In this document: positions 30,921 through 38,765 of the stretch, piece by piece | Numbering within the stretch: position 1 is the stretch's first letter | Layout of the letters: every line of letters starts with the position of its first letter | DNA from: a virus | Taxonomy: Duplodnaviria; Caudoviricetes | Virus record (IMG/VR): IMGVR_UViG_3300049009_000223 | Location: 1 to 39,603 of that record | Length of the DNA stretch: 39,603 bases | Reading direction: 5' to 3' (one strand) | The notes under the pieces: model-generated | Database searches by the model: none | Told to the model about the DNA's origin: nothing | What the model saw: only the letters and a program-made list of their open reading frames with translations | Made by a program: the position numbers and the translations under genes

Positions 30921-31068
30921 CTATTGCCTTCTCAATCTCAAGCAGTTGCTTGTAAGTGTCGGGGTATAGGTGAGAGAGCTTCGCCAGCGCCCTCTCTCTT
31001 GCTCTACGATAGTTACGGTAATGCACTGCTTGTCTGAGTGCGCTTTCAATACGTCGCTCAACTCCCAT
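30784..31068 (-). CDS. Hypothetical protein
   Basis: GAGAGG RBS; RNYRRARERAL helix; 3' end overlaps the transglycosylase gene. Confidence 0.6.
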   Translation of the reverse strand: MGVERRIESALRQAVHYRNYRRARERALAKLSHLYPDTYKQLLEIEKAIDEQEGKNWIDISGATRMVTSTSTPDWHTTDTREASVSTSNNEGEA

Positions 31069-31141
31069 TAAACTTATCCTCTCCCACTATAAGTAAATAG
31101 GTTACCACTAATACCACTATGATCCCTAGTAAATAGCTCAT
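31058..31141 (-). CDS. 27-aa single-TM peptide
   Basis: TAATG coupling; MSYLLGIIVVLVVTYLLIVGEDKFNGS. Confidence 0.55.
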   Translation of the reverse strand: MSYLLGIIVVLVVTYLLIVGEDKFNGS

Positions 31142-31374
31142 TATCTCTCCCATACTATTGCTGCTAACGCGACCTGCGTTACGTCTAACGGTTGCCCAAC
31201 TAAACGGGCATCTTCCTCATCACTTTCCCAACCTGATACCAGCAGGCGCTTATTAGCGCTACTGCGTAGTAACTTAATGGCTTCGTGGGCAGACTCGCCC
31301 GCCCACTCCACCTCGCCCGCTTCCCCTACGATCTCGTAAAGGTTGATTAGATTATACTTTGGGTGAAAGCTCAC
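31141..31374 (-). CDS. Hypothetical early protein (77 aa)
   Basis: GTGA overlap; GAGG RBS. Confidence 0.65.
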   Translation of the reverse strand: MSFHPKYNLINLYEIVGEAGEVEWAGESAHEAIKLLRSSANKRLLVSGWESDEEDARLVGQPLDVTQVALAAIVWER

Positions 31375-31472
31375 GCGCTCACCTCTTTACATATATCGCA
31401 TAGCTTCTCAGCGCAGCAGATTGACTCGACCGAGCAACGCTCGCACCAATCCTTATCTAAATTACAGCTCAC
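31371..31472 (-). CDS. 33-aa Cys-rich microprotein
   Basis: GAGGAG RBS; MSCNLDKDWCERCSVESICCAEKLCDICKEVSA. Confidence 0.6.
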   Translation of the reverse strand: MSCNLDKDWCERCSVESICCAEKLCDICKEVSA

Positions 31473-31603
31473 TTGATCTCCTCAATTACTACATCAAGAT
31501 AACCTTTAGCCTCCCACGCCTGCGCCATATTTTCTGCTTGTCGCTGCGATAGGTGAACTAGATTAACCTTGTTACCTGCTACTAATACACTCCACTTAAT
31601 CAT
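31469..31603 (-). CDS. Hypothetical early protein (44 aa)
   Basis: GAGGGAGAGTAATG junction; MIKWSVLV...IEEIK. Confidence 0.65.
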   Translation of the reverse strand: MIKWSVLVAGNKVNLVHLSQRQAENMAQAWEAKGYLDVVIEEIK

Positions 31604-31737
31604 TACTCTCCCTCTATCTTATCTATACGATCTTGAATAAGATTTAATAAAATACAGTAATCTTGCGGGTTATCAAATAGAGGGTTATCTAACGCCCTCT
31701 TATATTCTTCCCGTAATACCTCTAATTCTCTGTTCAT
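31603..31737 (-). CDS. Hypothetical early protein (44 aa)
   Basis: Starts inside the 21-bp linker; MNRELEVL...KIEGE. Confidence 0.65.
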   Translation of the reverse strand: MNRELEVLREEYKRALDNPLFDNPQDYCILLNLIQDRIDKIEGE

Positions 31738-31904
31738 TACTTGCCCTCTCTCTCGTTGATTATGCCTATCTCACCTAGTGCCTTGACCATACGCATAAGG
31801 TTGCGAGAGGCTTCTTCGCCCTCTCCCTCGACCATTTGCTTGACCGCTAGGTCACGGCATAGTGTTGCCTTAGCAATTAAGTACTCTCTATTAGGCGCGC
31901 TCAT
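31737..31904 (-). CDS. Hypothetical early protein (55 aa, ends EREGK)
   Basis: TAATG coupling; translated manually. Confidence 0.65.
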   Translation of the reverse strand: MSAPNREYLIAKATLCRDLAVKQMVEGEGEEASRNLMRMVKALGEIGIINEREGK

Positions 31905-32122
31905 TAATCATCCCAACTATGAGTGTTGCGGTAGGCGTTAGCCAAATCTACTATCTCTTTAATGGTCTCTAGACATTCTTCGTCCGTCCATTCTTCCCCG
32001 TCCACGCCTGCTACCTCTAGCACTAGGTCTAAAGCTAGCCCGTTTAGGTTACCTATTCCGTCAATATAATTATTGAAATTATCGGTGCTATCTATAATTG
32101 TAAGTATCTCTTGCTTATTCAT
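31904..32122 (-). CDS. Acidic hypothetical early protein (72 aa)
   Basis: Starts inside the 21-bp linker. Confidence 0.7.
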   Translation of the reverse strand: MNKQEILTIIDSTDNFNNYIDGIGNLNGLALDLVLEVAGVDGEEWTDEECLETIKEIVDLANAYRNTHSWDD

Positions 32123-32334
32123 TACTTGCCCTCTCTCTCATCATATTGACTCTCTAGGTACTCATTCACGTGACCGATACAGGTATCTAAACTTTCCTCG
32201 ATCAGTTCAATAGCCTGCTCTTGATCCTTGTATGGCTCATAATCCTCTTTTCCCCAATAGGTATAAATAATTACCTCATCAGGGTTTAATTTAGTTAGAT
32301 CCTCAATCAGTTCTTTAATCGTGCTTATACTCAT
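32122..32334 (-). CDS. Acidic hypothetical early protein (70 aa, ends EREGK)
   Basis: Bounded by two 21-bp linkers. Confidence 0.7.
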   Translation of the reverse strand: MSISTIKELIEDLTKLNPDEVIIYTYWGKEDYEPYKDQEQAIELIEESLDTCIGHVNEYLESQYDEREGK

Positions 32335-32510
32335 TACTTGCCCTCTCTCTCGCATACGCATTGATTAGATATTGCCTTGCCTTGATTATGGTAAAAGTGG
32401 TCACAGATACCGCATTGATCTATATTTTCTTCACGTGAACAGTCTGCTAGGTGAGTGTCACCGTAAAAATCTTGCCCGCACTCACAGCACTTATCTAATA
32501 AGTTGCTCAT
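32334..32510 (-). CDS. Cys/His-rich early protein (58 aa, ends EREGK)
   Basis: GAGAGAGA RBS; CCEC...H..DC...CGIC...CVC. Confidence 0.65.
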   Translation of the reverse strand: MSNLLDKCCECGQDFYGDTHLADCSREENIDQCGICDHFYHNQGKAISNQCVCEREGK

Positions 32511-32545
32511 TCTCTCTCGCTCTCTCTATTTAGGGCGGTATACCC

Positions 32546-32594
32546 TCCGCCCTCCCCTGCTCTACCTAAGCAAGGGAGGACAGATAGCCTACCG
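32546..32594 (-). promoter_or_regulatory. Long intergenic hairpin downstream of a TATAGT -10 (32609-32604)
   Basis: Core TGTCCTCCCTTGC/GCAGGGGAGGGCG closed by CGGTA/TACCG. Confidence 0.55.
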
Positions 32595-32604
32595 ATATGG
32601 GTTA

Positions 32605-32781
32605 CTATACCGTAGTTAGAACTCTATCGCCCTCCATTAGGGCGGTGAACTTGGCGTGTCCTGCTATATCTCCAACGCTCTCGCATAGTTCGCCCGCGTG
32701 CTTAGCGCATAGGTATTGCGCCACTATGTAGCCCGATACCGTTACTCTTGCCATATTCTCGCACTTGTCACACTTATCCAT
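32605..32781 (-). CDS. Zn-finger microprotein (58 aa, CxxC...CxxH)
   Basis: Degenerate linker RBS; MDKCDKC...YLCAKH. Confidence 0.65.
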   Translation of the reverse strand: MDKCDKCENMARVTVSGYIVAQYLCAKHAGELCESVGDIAGHAKFTALMEGDRVLTTV

Positions 32782-32926
32782 TATTCTCGCCCTCTCTCTC
32801 TTCCATTCGTCGAACTCTCTCCATACCAGCGCGGTAAAAATCTACCGCGTGGCTCCCTCCCCAAGCAATAAGCCAGATAACTAAGAGGGTCTCTATCGCC
32901 TGCACCCAACCGTGTAGATAGATCAT
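32774..32926 (-). CDS. Small membrane protein (50 aa)
   Basis: ATGA overlap; hydrophobic TLLVIWLIAW; ends EREGENNG. Confidence 0.6.
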   Translation of the reverse strand: MIYLHGWVQAIETLLVIWLIAWGGSHAVDFYRAGMERVRRMEEREGENNG

Positions 32927-33393
32927 TCTTCGCCCTCTTCATATCCCTTGTATTCGCCCTTAATAAAAGAGGCAATCTCATCACTTAGAAGACTTTGAGC
33001 GATCTCACGCCAATCAACGCGCCACATTGAGCCAATATCGCGACGCATTGAGCGAATATCGTAAGGGGTGTGCCCATCCCAATACTCATCGCTTGTAATA
33101 TCTTCCACCCAATTCATTAGATTGTCTTGGGCATCATAGATTGCGGTTAGGTAACTCTCTTTATCATCTTCGCTCACGCTATCTTGAAAAGCTTTTCTTA
33201 CTAAGTCATAAGCCTCATTGGTTAGCGATTGAGTGTTATTAATGTGTAGCGCGGTTGCCCAAGTCTCGCGATTATTCCAACCGTTATAGGTCTCGTTGTC
33301 CTTTTCTAATTCACCGATAGCAAAATGAATTGCGTCGCTGTCACCATTCTTTAGCGCGTCATTAAGTAGCGCTGCTATTGCTTTATTATTCAT
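32923..33393 (-). CDS. First early gene, hypothetical protein (YNGW.NRETW family)
   Basis: GAGAGAGAG RBS before ATG 33393; an in-frame GTG at 33441 coincides with the predicted transcription start. Confidence 0.75.
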   Translation of the reverse strand: MNNKAIAALLNDALKNGDSDAIHFAIGELEKDNETYNGWNNRETWATALHINNTQSLTNEAYDLVRKAFQDSVSEDDKESYLTAIYDAQDNLMNWVEDITSDEYWDGHTPYDIRSMRRDIGSMWRVDWREIAQSLLSDEIASFIKGEYKGYEEGEE

Positions 33394-33447
33394 TAGATTA
33401 CTCTCTCTCATTGTAAGCGGGTTAGGTAGTTGGTTGCTCACGGTCTA

Positions 33448-33477
33448 ATTATGGGGCTCTATACCGTATAGAGTCAA
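33448..33477 (-). promoter_or_regulatory. SigA-type early promoter TTGACT-N18-CATAAT with operator-like palindrome
   Basis: -35 at 33477-72, -10 at 33453-48; CTCTATA-N3-TATAGAG at 33457-73. Confidence 0.75.
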
Positions 33478-33853
33478 GCCCATTCACTAACTATTTTCTA
33501 GCCGTGTCGCGTGGCAGATAGTAGAGCAGCAGCGCGACGGTCTGCCTTGTCACCTTGCCACGCCTTGGCGATACCTGTATCGGTGACACTTTCAGGGTGA
33601 GCGATCGCATAGAACAAGCACCAGATAATAAGGGCTTGAGTTGAACGGGCAGGCAGGCGGTAAGCCAGCGGGTGAGTAGTTGCGTCCATTAAATACCTTT
33701 CAATAGTTGCCAGTTAGTTACTGGCTTATAGGTATTACTCTTCCTTGGCGGTTTAAGTGTTAAGTGTCTGCCACTTATCGGTTACTTAATTAGGTGAGTG
33801 TTAGGGGATTAGGTAGCCGTAGGTCTAGCCCGCCCTCCACTATTTTTCAATAC

Positions 33854-33874
33854 TTATCCACAACCTTATCCACA
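33854..33874 (+). promoter_or_regulatory. Two tandem perfect DnaA boxes
   Basis: TTATCCACA at 33854-62 and 33866-74. Confidence 0.75.
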
Positions 33875-34034
33875 GGGCAGACAGTCAGGGCAGAAATGTC
33901 TAACCCTCAAGGGGAGGGTGACCCCAGATGGTTAAATGCGCGGCGCCCTGTCTGTATACTCCCCAACAAAATATATTTGATAAAGTGAAATGAGCTGTAA
34001 ACCCCTGACCTGCGGTTATAGGCTGTAATAATAG

Positions 34035-34050
34035 TGTGACACGAAACACA
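34035..34050. promoter_or_regulatory. CRP/GlxR-like box
   Basis: TGTGA-N6-ACACA, one mismatch to TGTGA-N6-TCACA. Confidence 0.45.
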
Positions 34051-34102
34051 GTACCAGAAGCGGTAAACGCGTTATTTTTCCTGCCTTATATATAGTAGGG
34101 GA

Positions 34103-34231
34103 GTAAAGTTAGGATAACTGACTTTACGACCACAGGTTGGCCTCTAGCGAGGCCCCTAGGCCGAGCACTGACTTACCCCTCACTTCGCTGTAGCTCGCTC
34201 GGGAGTTTCACTCCCGCCTTCGGCGGTTTTT
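34103..34231 (+). ncRNA. Candidate structured RNA / leader upstream of terminase
   Basis: TATAGT -10 at 34091-96; several hairpins and a possible pseudoknot; ends in CCGCC-TTC-GGCGG-TTTTT. Confidence 0.45.
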
Positions 34232-34339
34232 AGTGGGGATAGTTCTATTAAAATCGCAGGCGCCTAGTAATCACTTCCTGCCTAGTATCAAAGAAATGAC
34301 ATTTCGCGCCATTCACGGCGCTCAGCTTGGAGGCACTAC

Positions 34340-36199
34340 GTGGCAGATAACAGTGCCGATATTGCCAAGCGGATTATCCTTGGCTGTGTAGCAGAAGGTA
34401 TGACCATAGACGCGGCTTGTTCCTCAGCCGGTAAGTCTATGAAGACCTATGAGTATTACCGTCGCTCTGATAAGATCTTCGCGGATAAGATTGACCGTAC
34501 TAGGCTCGGACTAAAGGACAAGCAGTTCGCCTCCGGCGATGTTCACGATATGTCCTTCGCCGAGTTCCGGCAGAAGTTCCTCCACTCTCGTACCTTCCCA
34601 CATCAGCAGAATATCGTTGATGTAATCGAAGGTAGAGAACCAGGCTGGCTACACCCAGCTATGAAGTTTGAACTAGGCTTGGCTAATAACCGTATCCTAG
34701 TAAATATCCCGCCGAACCACGCCAAGTCAATGACCATCACGGTTGACTATGTAACTTGGCAGGTTTGCCGCAACCCTAACTTTCGAGTACTGATAGTCTC
34801 CCAAACGCAGCAGTTAGCTGCCGACTTTCTCTACGCCATTAAGCAACGTCTGACACATCCAATGTATGAAGAACTTCAGACCGCCTTTGCTGCTGGCGTA
34901 GGGTTTAACTCTAAGTCTGCCTCGTGGCAGGCAACCCGTATCACCTTCGGTGACGAACTCAGAGAATCCTCAGAAAAGGATCCAAACATTGAGGCCGTCG
35001 GTATCGGTGGTCAGATCTACGGCAAGCGTGCCGATATGATTATTGTAGACGATGCGGTAACGCTAAAGAACGCCAATGAGTTTGAACGACAAATCAAGTG
35101 GTTAACCCAAGACGTTAGATCTCGTCTGAACCCTACTGGTAAGTTAATTATTATTGGAACTCGCGTTGCATCCGTAGACTTGTACCGCGAACTACGATCC
35201 GAGGACCGTTATCCTGGCGGGTTAGTACCTTGGAAGTATTTAGCAATGCCGGCGCTTTTAACGCCGGACGAAGATCCTGATAAATGGGAAACCCTCTGGC
35301 CAGCATCCGATGCGCCATTCGATGGGCAAGAAGAAAACGATAAGAACGAAGACGGCCTATACCCTAGATGGAATGGTCGCAACCTTTACAACGAACGCCA
35401 AGCTATGGATGCTTCGACCTGGGCTTTGGTTTACCAGCAGCAGGATGTTTCTGAAAACGCAGCCTTTGACCCAGTATGTGTTCGTGGCTCTATTGACGGT
35501 ATGCGTAAGTCTGGGCGATTAGAACCTGGCAGCCCAGGCCACCCGAAAGATTTACAAGGCTTCACAATTATTTGCGGTATGGACCCAGCCATTGTTGGAG
35601 ATACCGCTGCTATCTGTTATGCCATTGATCGCACTACTAGTAAGCGCTATATCGTAGATGCTTTGAAGATTAGCCGCCCATCACCGCAACAGATCCGCGA
35701 CATTATCCTTAACTGGACTTCGCTCTACGGTCCTAGTGAATGGATTATTGAGAAGAACGCTTTCCAGGCTTTCTTAACTCAAGATGAAGGCATCCGTCAA
35801 TTCTTAGCATCTCGTGGCGTTCTATTGAAAGAACACCATACTGGATCTAATAAATGGGATTCCGGTTTCGGCGTAGCTTCTATGGCAACACTCTTTGGTA
35901 CTAAGCAAGTTGATAACAAGCACCACCGAGATAACTTAATCCACTTGCCTAGCGATCAAACCGAGAATGTCAAGGCTCTTATCGAGCAGTTGATTACTTG
36001 GACGCCAACTACTAAGGGTAAGACCGACTTAGTTATGGCTCTTTGGTTCTGTGAGATCCGAGCACGCGAGATGCTCAATCACGGTATGTACACAACCCAT
36101 CATTTAAGAAATCCTTTTCTATCACGTTCAGAAAAATCTAAGCGCGTAGTGGTCAACCTAGATCAACTACTACTAGATCAAAACAAGCAGTTCATCTAA
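34340..36199 (+). CDS. terL: Terminase large subunit with N-terminal HTH-like extension
   Basis: PPNHAKS Walker A, IIVDD Walker B, IIIGTR, GMDPA nuclease and DLVMA motifs; GGAGG RBS. Confidence 0.92.
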   Translation: MADNSADIAKRIILGCVAEGMTIDAACSSAGKSMKTYEYYRRSDKIFADKIDRTRLGLKDKQFASGDVHDMSFAEFRQKFLHSRTFPHQQNIVDVIEGREPGWLHPAMKFELGLANNRILVNIPPNHAKSMTITVDYVTWQVCRNPNFRVLIVSQTQQLAADFLYAIKQRLTHPMYEELQTAFAAGVGFNSKSASWQATRITFGDELRESSEKDPNIEAVGIGGQIYGKRADMIIVDDAVTLKNANEFERQIKWLTQDVRSRLNPTGKLIIIGTRVASVDLYRELRSEDRYPGGLVPWKYLAMPALLTPDEDPDKWETLWPASDAPFDGQEENDKNEDGLYPRWNGRNLYNERQAMDASTWALVYQQQDVSENAAFDPVCVRGSIDGMRKSGRLEPGSPGHPKDLQGFTIICGMDPAIVGDTAAICYAIDRTTSKRYIVDALKISRPSPQQIRDIILNWTSLYGPSEWIIEKNAFQAFLTQDEGIRQFLASRGVLLKEHHTGSNKWDSGFGVASMATLFGTKQVDNKHHRDNLIHLPSDQTENVKALIEQLITWTPTTKGKTDLVMALWFCEIRAREMLNHGMYTTHHLRNPFLSRSEKSKRVVVNLDQLLLDQNKQFI

Positions 36200-36208
36200 G
36201 GAGTCCCA

Positions 36209-37969
36209 TTGTTAACACCAAAAGAAGTTAACGCGAAGTTAGGTCGCTTGCAGACCAAGTTTGCATCCCGCGACCAGCGTATGCGCGACGTGCTTTCGGT
36301 GCGTCAAGGAGATCTCTCCAAGGTTTATCCTTCTATGTTCTCAGAGGATTACCCAAAGCCACTCGTTGCTAACTTCATTGATGTAGCAGCACGTGATCTC
36401 GCAGAAGCAATGGCACCACTGCCATCCTTTAACTGTTCAGCGGCCAATATGGTTTCAGACTCAGCTCGTAAAGCAGCTGATACTAGAACCCGTATTGCTA
36501 ATTTCTACGCTTCGCTTTCAGAATTACAACTACAAATGTACGAAGGTGCTGACTGGTATAACACCTACGGTATGATGGTTGGCTTAGTTGAGATGGATTA
36601 CGATTCTAATAATCCACGCATACGCCTACTAAACCCTTGGGGCGTATACCCAGAGATGGACCGCTTTGGTCGTACCATCTCATTGACTCAGGTTATTAAC
36701 ATTGATAGCGAGTCCCTCGCGGCCCAGTATCCAGAGTTTGCCGATCAGATCTTGGCTAAGAATAACTACCAGCAAGGTAGTCCTTATGTCTCAATGATCC
36801 GTTACCACGACGCTGACCAGGACTTAATCTTCCTACCAGAGCGTAAGAACCTAACTCTTGCACGTACACCAAACCCAATTGGTAAGTGTCTAGCGAAAGT
36901 GGCAATCCGTCCTTCCCTTGATGGTCAAGCTCGTGGACAGTTCGATGATGTACTCTCAGTTCAACTCGCTCGTGCTCGTTTTGCAATCTTGCAGATCCAA
37001 GCAGCAGAGAAGTCAATCCAAGCACCTATTGCTATTCCACAAGATGTACAGGAATTAGCACTTGGTCCTGACTCTATTATGCGTTCTGCTCAACCTCAGA
37101 ACATTCGTCGTGTTAGCCTAGACTTACCACCTGGACTATTCGCAGAATCTGGAGCACTAGAACGTGAACTACGCCTTGGCGCTCGTTATCCGGAATCTCG
37201 ATCCGGTAACGTCAACGCGAGTGTTATTACTGGTCGTGGTGTTCAAGAGTTGCAAGCTGGTTTTGATACTCAAATTAAGTCCGCACAAGCACAGTTTGCT
37301 CGGATGTTTTCTGATCTTCTCGGCCTCTGTTTTGAAGTAGATGAGAAGCTATTCCCTAATACTCAAAAGGTAATCAAGGGTTCTGAAGACGGCACACCGT
37401 ATGTATTAAAGTACACACCATCTCGTGATATTAAAGGCGAGTACGGCGTAGATGTACGTTACGGAATTATGTCTGGTATGGATCCTTCCCGTGCCATTAT
37501 TGCTTTACTACAAATGCGTTCCGACAAACTAGTATCTCGTGATTACGTACGCCGCGAGATCCCAATGGATCTAAATGTATCTCAAGAAGAACAACGCGTT
37601 GACATTGAAGAAATGCGTGACGCTTTGCGTGTATCTGTTGCTCAGTATGCTCAGGCTATTCCTGCCTTGGCAGCGCAAGGCCAAGACCCTTCAGAGATTG
37701 TCTCGCGTATCGCAGCTGTTATCCAAGGTCGGCAAAAGGGCCTCTCACTAGAATCAGTAGTTGAGAAGGCATTTGCTCCACCTCCGATGCCAGAGATGCC
37801 TCCAATGATGCCAGGTATGCCTGGCGCTGAACAAATGCTTCCAGCAGCAGGCGCGGCCTCCGCCCCTGCCTCGCAGCAACCTCCAAATCCACAAGGTGGT
37901 CAGGCCCCTGCTGCTGGTCAAAAACCCGATATAGCGTCACTACTAGCCGGAATCACCGGCGCAGCGTAA
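36209..37969 (+). CDS. Portal protein
   Basis: 586 aa directly after terL; AAGGAG RBS with TTG start; Pro/Met/Gln-rich tail typical of podovirus portals. Confidence 0.85.
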   Translation: MLTPKEVNAKLGRLQTKFASRDQRMRDVLSVRQGDLSKVYPSMFSEDYPKPLVANFIDVAARDLAEAMAPLPSFNCSAANMVSDSARKAADTRTRIANFYASLSELQLQMYEGADWYNTYGMMVGLVEMDYDSNNPRIRLLNPWGVYPEMDRFGRTISLTQVINIDSESLAAQYPEFADQILAKNNYQQGSPYVSMIRYHDADQDLIFLPERKNLTLARTPNPIGKCLAKVAIRPSLDGQARGQFDDVLSVQLARARFAILQIQAAEKSIQAPIAIPQDVQELALGPDSIMRSAQPQNIRRVSLDLPPGLFAESGALERELRLGARYPESRSGNVNASVITGRGVQELQAGFDTQIKSAQAQFARMFSDLLGLCFEVDEKLFPNTQKVIKGSEDGTPYVLKYTPSRDIKGEYGVDVRYGIMSGMDPSRAIIALLQMRSDKLVSRDYVRREIPMDLNVSQEEQRVDIEEMRDALRVSVAQYAQAIPALAAQGQDPSEIVSRIAAVIQGRQKGLSLESVVEKAFAPPPMPEMPPMMPGMPGAEQMLPAAGAASAPASQQPPNPQGGQAPAAGQKPDIASLLAGITGAA

Positions 37970-37986
37970 CCGAAGGAGGTGCAAAA

Positions 37987-38115
37987 ATGAACAAAGGAAC
38001 ACACGCTCCAGCCCCAGTACAGCCAGTAAAGGTTGATACAAAAGCAGGATCAGTCAAAGGCGGTAAGGTTGACTTCGGTTATGCCGGAACAGCTCGCAAA
38101 GGCAAGAAGGCTTAA
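37987..38115 (+). CDS. 42-aa basic protein
   Basis: AAGGAGGT RBS; MNKGTHAPAP...RKGKKA. Confidence 0.7.
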   Translation: MNKGTHAPAPVQPVKVDTKAGSVKGGKVDFGYAGTARKGKKA

Positions 38116-38140
38116 TTAGTTTAATGGAAAGGTGTACTGG

Positions 38141-38362
38141 GTGAGCAACGACAGCAATGACATTCCTCGCCCAGTGCGCCCTTCTGATTTCTTAGTAATA
38201 CTTACAGGTTTTATTCACAACATAGCCCAGACATTCGAGGCTATGACTAGTGAACTAATGGAACTATCCATTTATCATTCTAACCAAAAGACGAAAACAA
38301 TTCGTGCTTGGGAAGATATGACCGCAGATTTAGAAAAGTTAGGAGAAGAAACAGATGGCTGA
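38141..38362 (+). CDS. Hypothetical protein
   Basis: GAAAGG RBS with GTG start at 38141. Confidence 0.55.
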   Translation: MSNDSNDIPRPVRPSDFLVILTGFIHNIAQTFEAMTSELMELSIYHSNQKTKTIRAWEDMTADLEKLGEETDG

Positions 38363-38765
38363 TACACCAATGAATCCTAAAGCCGGCGTTTCAGGTCCTG
38401 GCAAGTACTCTGTTCGCACAGATAGCCTACGTATGGGTTCTACTTCATACGGCGAAGGCGTAGACACCGCTGCAATTAAGTCAGGTGCGCCACTTGCATC
38501 TACTCCAGATCAACGCCCAATGCCAGCCGCTGAAGTACGCGACGCTGCAATGCAGGCTCCAGTAACAGAATTATACGCTCCATCTTCACGCCCAGGTGAA
38601 CCAATAACTAATGGTATTGATCGAGGCGCAGGAGCAGGATCATCAGCTTTGATGATGAAGAAGAACACCGTTAAACTTTCAGATTCTCTAGTACAACTAT
38701 TGCCTTATGACACTACCGGTGAAATTGCAGTGTTGTATCAAGAAGCATTAGCGCAAGGTAATTAA
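38355..38765 (+). CDS. Putative virion protein (136 aa)
   Basis: AGGAG RBS; GVSGPGKYSVRTD motif; structural operon context. Confidence 0.65.
   Translation: MADTPMNPKAGVSGPGKYSVRTDSLRMGSTSYGEGVDTAAIKSGAPLASTPDQRPMPAAEVRDAAMQAPVTELYAPSSRPGEPITNGIDRGAGAGSSALMMKKNTVKLSDSLVQLLPYDTTGEIAVLYQEALAQGN

Larger units (their letters stand above)
31734..32351 (-). repeat. Three exact 21-bp gene-junction repeats GAGAGAGAGGGCAAGTAATGA (31734-54, 32119-39, 32331-51)
   Basis: Identical TCATTACTTGCCCTCTCTCTC on the + strand at three positions. Confidence 0.92.

Noticed and set aside
31734-32351. 21-bp repeats as a CRISPR array
   Set aside because: The spacers are 191 and 364 nt and are complete protein-coding genes.
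32653-32660. Additional GACAC copies (also at about 23840 and 33504)
   Set aside because: The 32653 copy has no TANNNT 12-13 nt downstream, two copies lie within coding sequence, and a 5-mer is expected often by chance.
33498-33988. ORFs 33498-33689 (-) and 33794-33988 (+)
   Set aside because: No convincing RBS or motifs; the + ORF overlaps the DnaA boxes, and the region looks non-coding.
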